Of a stretch of DNA of 64,000 bases, positions 61,507 through 64,000 are shown piece after piece (position 1 is the first letter of the stretch; the number at the start of each line of letters is the position of its first letter). The translations under genes and the position numbers were made by a program. The notes beneath the pieces were generated by a model. The model was given only the letters and a program-made list of their open reading frames with translations, was not told the DNA's origin and ran no database searches. The stretch comes from an uncultured virus (IMG/VR IMGVR_UViG_3300042887_000814) (lineage: Duplodnaviria; Heunggongvirae; Uroviricota; Caudoviricetes), in IMG/VR virus record IMGVR_UViG_3300042887_000814, positions 1 through 64,000 of that record. One strand, given 5' to 3'.

Positions 61507-62461
61507 GTTGTTTCCTCTTAATCTCTAATTTTATTTTGCTATTAGTCGCTGATTGCAAGATACTTAGTAATGTAGCGAGTTTGCCATATTTTATTACTGC
61601 ATCGTTTACGTCTTTGATTCCCGGTTCCCAATTAGGCATGCTAACTTGAAAACCAAAATCAAGTGCGCGATTGATCACATCCATACCACTCTTATCTTGA
61701 TCTGGAACTACTATGATCTTTCTATTCAAACGTCTCAATATCTCTGCCTGTTCTTCGTTGATACCATTAGTAGTCAATGCGCAACCATCTATACTCAATG
61801 CATCAAATATACCCTCAACTACAATACATACTTGCCATTCTGGCTTCTGCAAATCATAACCAAATAGATAACCACTCTGTTGTTCGCTGATAAATTTAGG
61901 TTTTCGATCATCTAAGAACCTACTAGTGTGACCCACTATTTTATTTTCAAAAGTGAAGGGTATGATGATACGATTGGCTTGCCTACCTTCTTCATCCGGA
62001 GTACACATGAAAGGATATCTACTTATATCTATCCTACGACCTCGTAGATAATCTACATAAACTTGGTGTTTAGGATTTTCAGAATCGATAACTTCTGCAT
62101 CAGGCAAATCCATCTCTTTGAATTTAATTTTCTTCTTTTCGCGTTTAGCCTTTACAAAATCTAGCAAGTCTTTGTGTTGCAAACTTTCTAGGCTATACTT
62201 ATTAATATCATCTGGATCCATGCCGCACCACGCCAGTAACTGGCGAGTGTTCTTAGTGAGTTGTTTACCCAACATAAACCCACATTTGAATCCACAATTA
62301 AAACAATGATAACTCCAGTTATCACTATCCATGTGTATGCCACCGCGGCCGCGCTTGTCAGCACCATGACCTCGGTAGTGGCAACACACAGCGTTGAAAC
62401 TATGCCAACCGCTTTGTGATAGTCTTTTCTTTCCTGGAACTATTTGAAGTATATCAAACAC
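61490..62461 (-). CDS. DNA primase (T4 gp61-like)
   Basis: Zn-binding CC...HCFNC, RIIIPF, TOPRIM VEGIFDAL and PDQD, KDVND; TGnTATAAT 6 nt before GTG. Confidence 0.9.
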   Translation of the reverse strand: MFDILQIVPGKKRLSQSGWHSFNAVCCHYRGHGADKRGRGGIHMDSDNWSYHCFNCGFKCGFMLGKQLTKNTRQLLAWCGMDPDDINKYSLESLQHKDLLDFVKAKREKKKIKFKEMDLPDAEVIDSENPKHQVYVDYLRGRRIDISRYPFMCTPDEEGRQANRIIIPFTFENKIVGHTSRFLDDRKPKFISEQQSGYLFGYDLQKPEWQVCIVVEGIFDALSIDGCALTTNGINEEQAEILRRLNRKIIVVPDQDKSGMDVINRALDFGFQVSMPNWEPGIKDVNDAVIKYGKLATLLSILQSATNSKIKLEIKRKQLDKRL

Positions 62462-62509
62462 ATTGTAATTATAACACCTTGCTACGTAAAAACAAAGCGT
62501 ATCGGCAAA

Positions 62510-63310
62510 TCATCTTGCCAAAATGTTTGATACCACCCCGGTGTTGCTAGTGAATACCATTCTGATAAATGGGTGATAACCTTTAATCGTGTAACCCACT
62601 GTTTCAGTAGTCTCAAGATATTCTTCTGAACGTATAGGATACCAGTCTGTGAGGCTGCTACTGAATGTTCCTTCTATCTCTACTTCACCGTTGAATTCAT
62701 ACAAGTGAGCCTGTAGCGTCAATATTGGATTATCATTGGTATTGATAACTGAACTGTAATATGTGTTAGCATTTGATAATACATTATTAATGCTATTGTT
62801 ACTATCGAGGTTAGGGAATGGCTGTCCTGTTGGAATAGTTACTATCTCGCTAGGCACAAAACTAGGGAGTACGCTATCTACTACATTGATCTGACCACGC
62901 GCACCGGCAGCAGGGTCAACGAATACAGGATATCCAAATTGTCCTACCGGGATCTCTAAACTATAATGACACATCTGAGCAGGAATGTCTTCTATCTCTG
63001 CGGCATTAAGTTGTAGATATGCTATACCGGTCAATGGAAGTTCCAATGTCAATGCTTTTTTGATCAATACTTCTGTACCATCGTAATTGATGATGCGACA
63101 AGTGATCTCTTTCCCTGTGATGTCAACTGGTTTTTGCTCTTGGTTCAAGAACTGAAACTGTAGTTTGTTATCTACACCTTTGTGTAGATTCATTGTTTTT
63201 GCATATACTGGCATAAAGGCCCTCGGACTGTTTCCTGATAGTAGGACGACAATCTGACGTTGTGTAAATACGAATGCTGGTGTCGAATATCTTACGGTGT
63301 TTACAGTCAC
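62510..63310 (-). CDS. Hypothetical beta-rich protein, probably structural (baseplate-like)
   Basis: HKGVDNKLQFQFLNQEQKPVDITG; CTAAATA promoter and GAGGAG RBS. Confidence 0.55.
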   Translation of the reverse strand: MTVNTVRYSTPAFVFTQRQIVVLLSGNSPRAFMPVYAKTMNLHKGVDNKLQFQFLNQEQKPVDITGKEITCRIINYDGTEVLIKKALTLELPLTGIAYLQLNAAEIEDIPAQMCHYSLEIPVGQFGYPVFVDPAAGARGQINVVDSVLPSFVPSEIVTIPTGQPFPNLDSNNSINNVLSNANTYYSSVINTNDNPILTLQAHLYEFNGEVEIEGTFSSSLTDWYPIRSEEYLETTETVGYTIKGYHPFIRMVFTSNTGVVSNILAR

Positions 63311-63386
63311 AAATGTCGCTCCTCAATGTATTTAGTCGCATAAAAATAAAATATTTTAATGGTTGCCCAATTATAAATAATCTTCG

Positions 63387-63770
63387 ATGACGATATCAAG
63401 AGACTTTTTTAAAAAACTAAGCGACAATCACCCTTTCATTACGGTTGTCTCTTTCGCCAGCCAGGATTATGTAGGAATAATGCAGAACCGTGACGATCAA
63501 TGCACTAGCATTTACGACTATGGTTCTATAGTTGATGCGAAAATTAAGGAACTATTCTTAGAATTAGGGGATGTCTGGTGGTGGGAAAGCAACCGTCAGA
63601 TTCCTATAAATATCTTCCTTAAGGAAGATTGGAATCCGTTTAAGCCCTATCTTAGAACATTTAATAACAAGAATTTGACTATACTTCACGGCCCTATAGT
63701 CAGCCTTAATGAATTAAACAAGCGCAAAACTAAGCGCCGTAGCATCACATTAGTTAAAAGACTTCCTTAA
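63387..63770 (+). CDS. Hypothetical phage protein
   Basis: 127 aa; WWWESNRQIPINIFL; TATAAATA 7 nt upstream. Confidence 0.65.
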   Translation: MTISRDFFKKLSDNHPFITVVSFASQDYVGIMQNRDDQCTSIYDYGSIVDAKIKELFLELGDVWWWESNRQIPINIFLKEDWNPFKPYLRTFNNKNLTILHGPIVSLNELNKRKTKRRSITLVKRLP

Positions 63771-64000
63771 TCTTTTCTTTCTGCGATTTTTAGCCATCTC
63801 TAGGCTGAGTTTCGCCACCCTCGTATCATAGCAGATACCGTCTAAATGATCAAGTTCGTGCTGAAATACCCTAGCGATCAATCCTGTAAACTCAGCCTCG
63901 ATCTGTTCCCCCATAGCATTATGATATCTGACTTTTATAGTCTCTGCTCTACGCACACGCAACCATAGATCAGGGAAACTTAGACAACCCTCTTGATCCA
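63750..64000 (-). CDS. def: Peptide deformylase (3' part; 5' end outside window)
   Basis: EGCLSFP and VFQHELDHLDG motifs in frame. Confidence 0.9.
   Translation of the reverse strand, partial: DQEGCLSFPDLWLRVRRAETIKVRYHNAMGEQIEAEFTGLIARVFQHELDHLDGICYDTRVAKLSLEMAKNRRKKRLRKSFN

Overview
This 64-kb window is part of a large, T4-superfamily-like myovirus (jumbo-phage-like) genome. It is densely coding, mostly on the minus strand, and uses the standard genetic code. It contains (i) virion genes: tail sheath, tail tube, tube-like/baseplate protein, gp4 head-completion nuclease, gp13/gp14/gp15-like neck proteins, several modular collagen-like and beta-rich fibres, and acidic proteins with T4-like capsid-targeting leaders; (ii) replication and nucleotide genes: primase, DnaB/gp41 helicase, clamp loader, a DnaE fragment that stops before the catalytic aspartates, exonuclease, dNMP kinase, MazG and NUDIX; (iii) host-like auxiliary genes: ClpA, DnaJ, GroES, BI-1/YccA, PhoH, IscA and peptide deformylase; (iv) a dispersed set of putative glycan-modifying genes (one GT-A, three GT10-like paralogues, two SGNH-like). 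Both T4-type late promoters (nTAAATA) and sigma70 promoters are visible, and many sit only 4-7 nt before start codons, implying leaderless mRNAs. Leading hypotheses: a phage virion-glycosylation system acting on Gly-X-Thr collagen fibres; a protease-processed head-cargo polyprotein system; hairpins built into late promoters that block translation of read-through transcripts; and a structured, possibly switching 5' UTR at about 49.3 kb. I saw no tRNA, rRNA, CRISPR array or integrase. All assignments are by-eye motif recognition; no database search was run.
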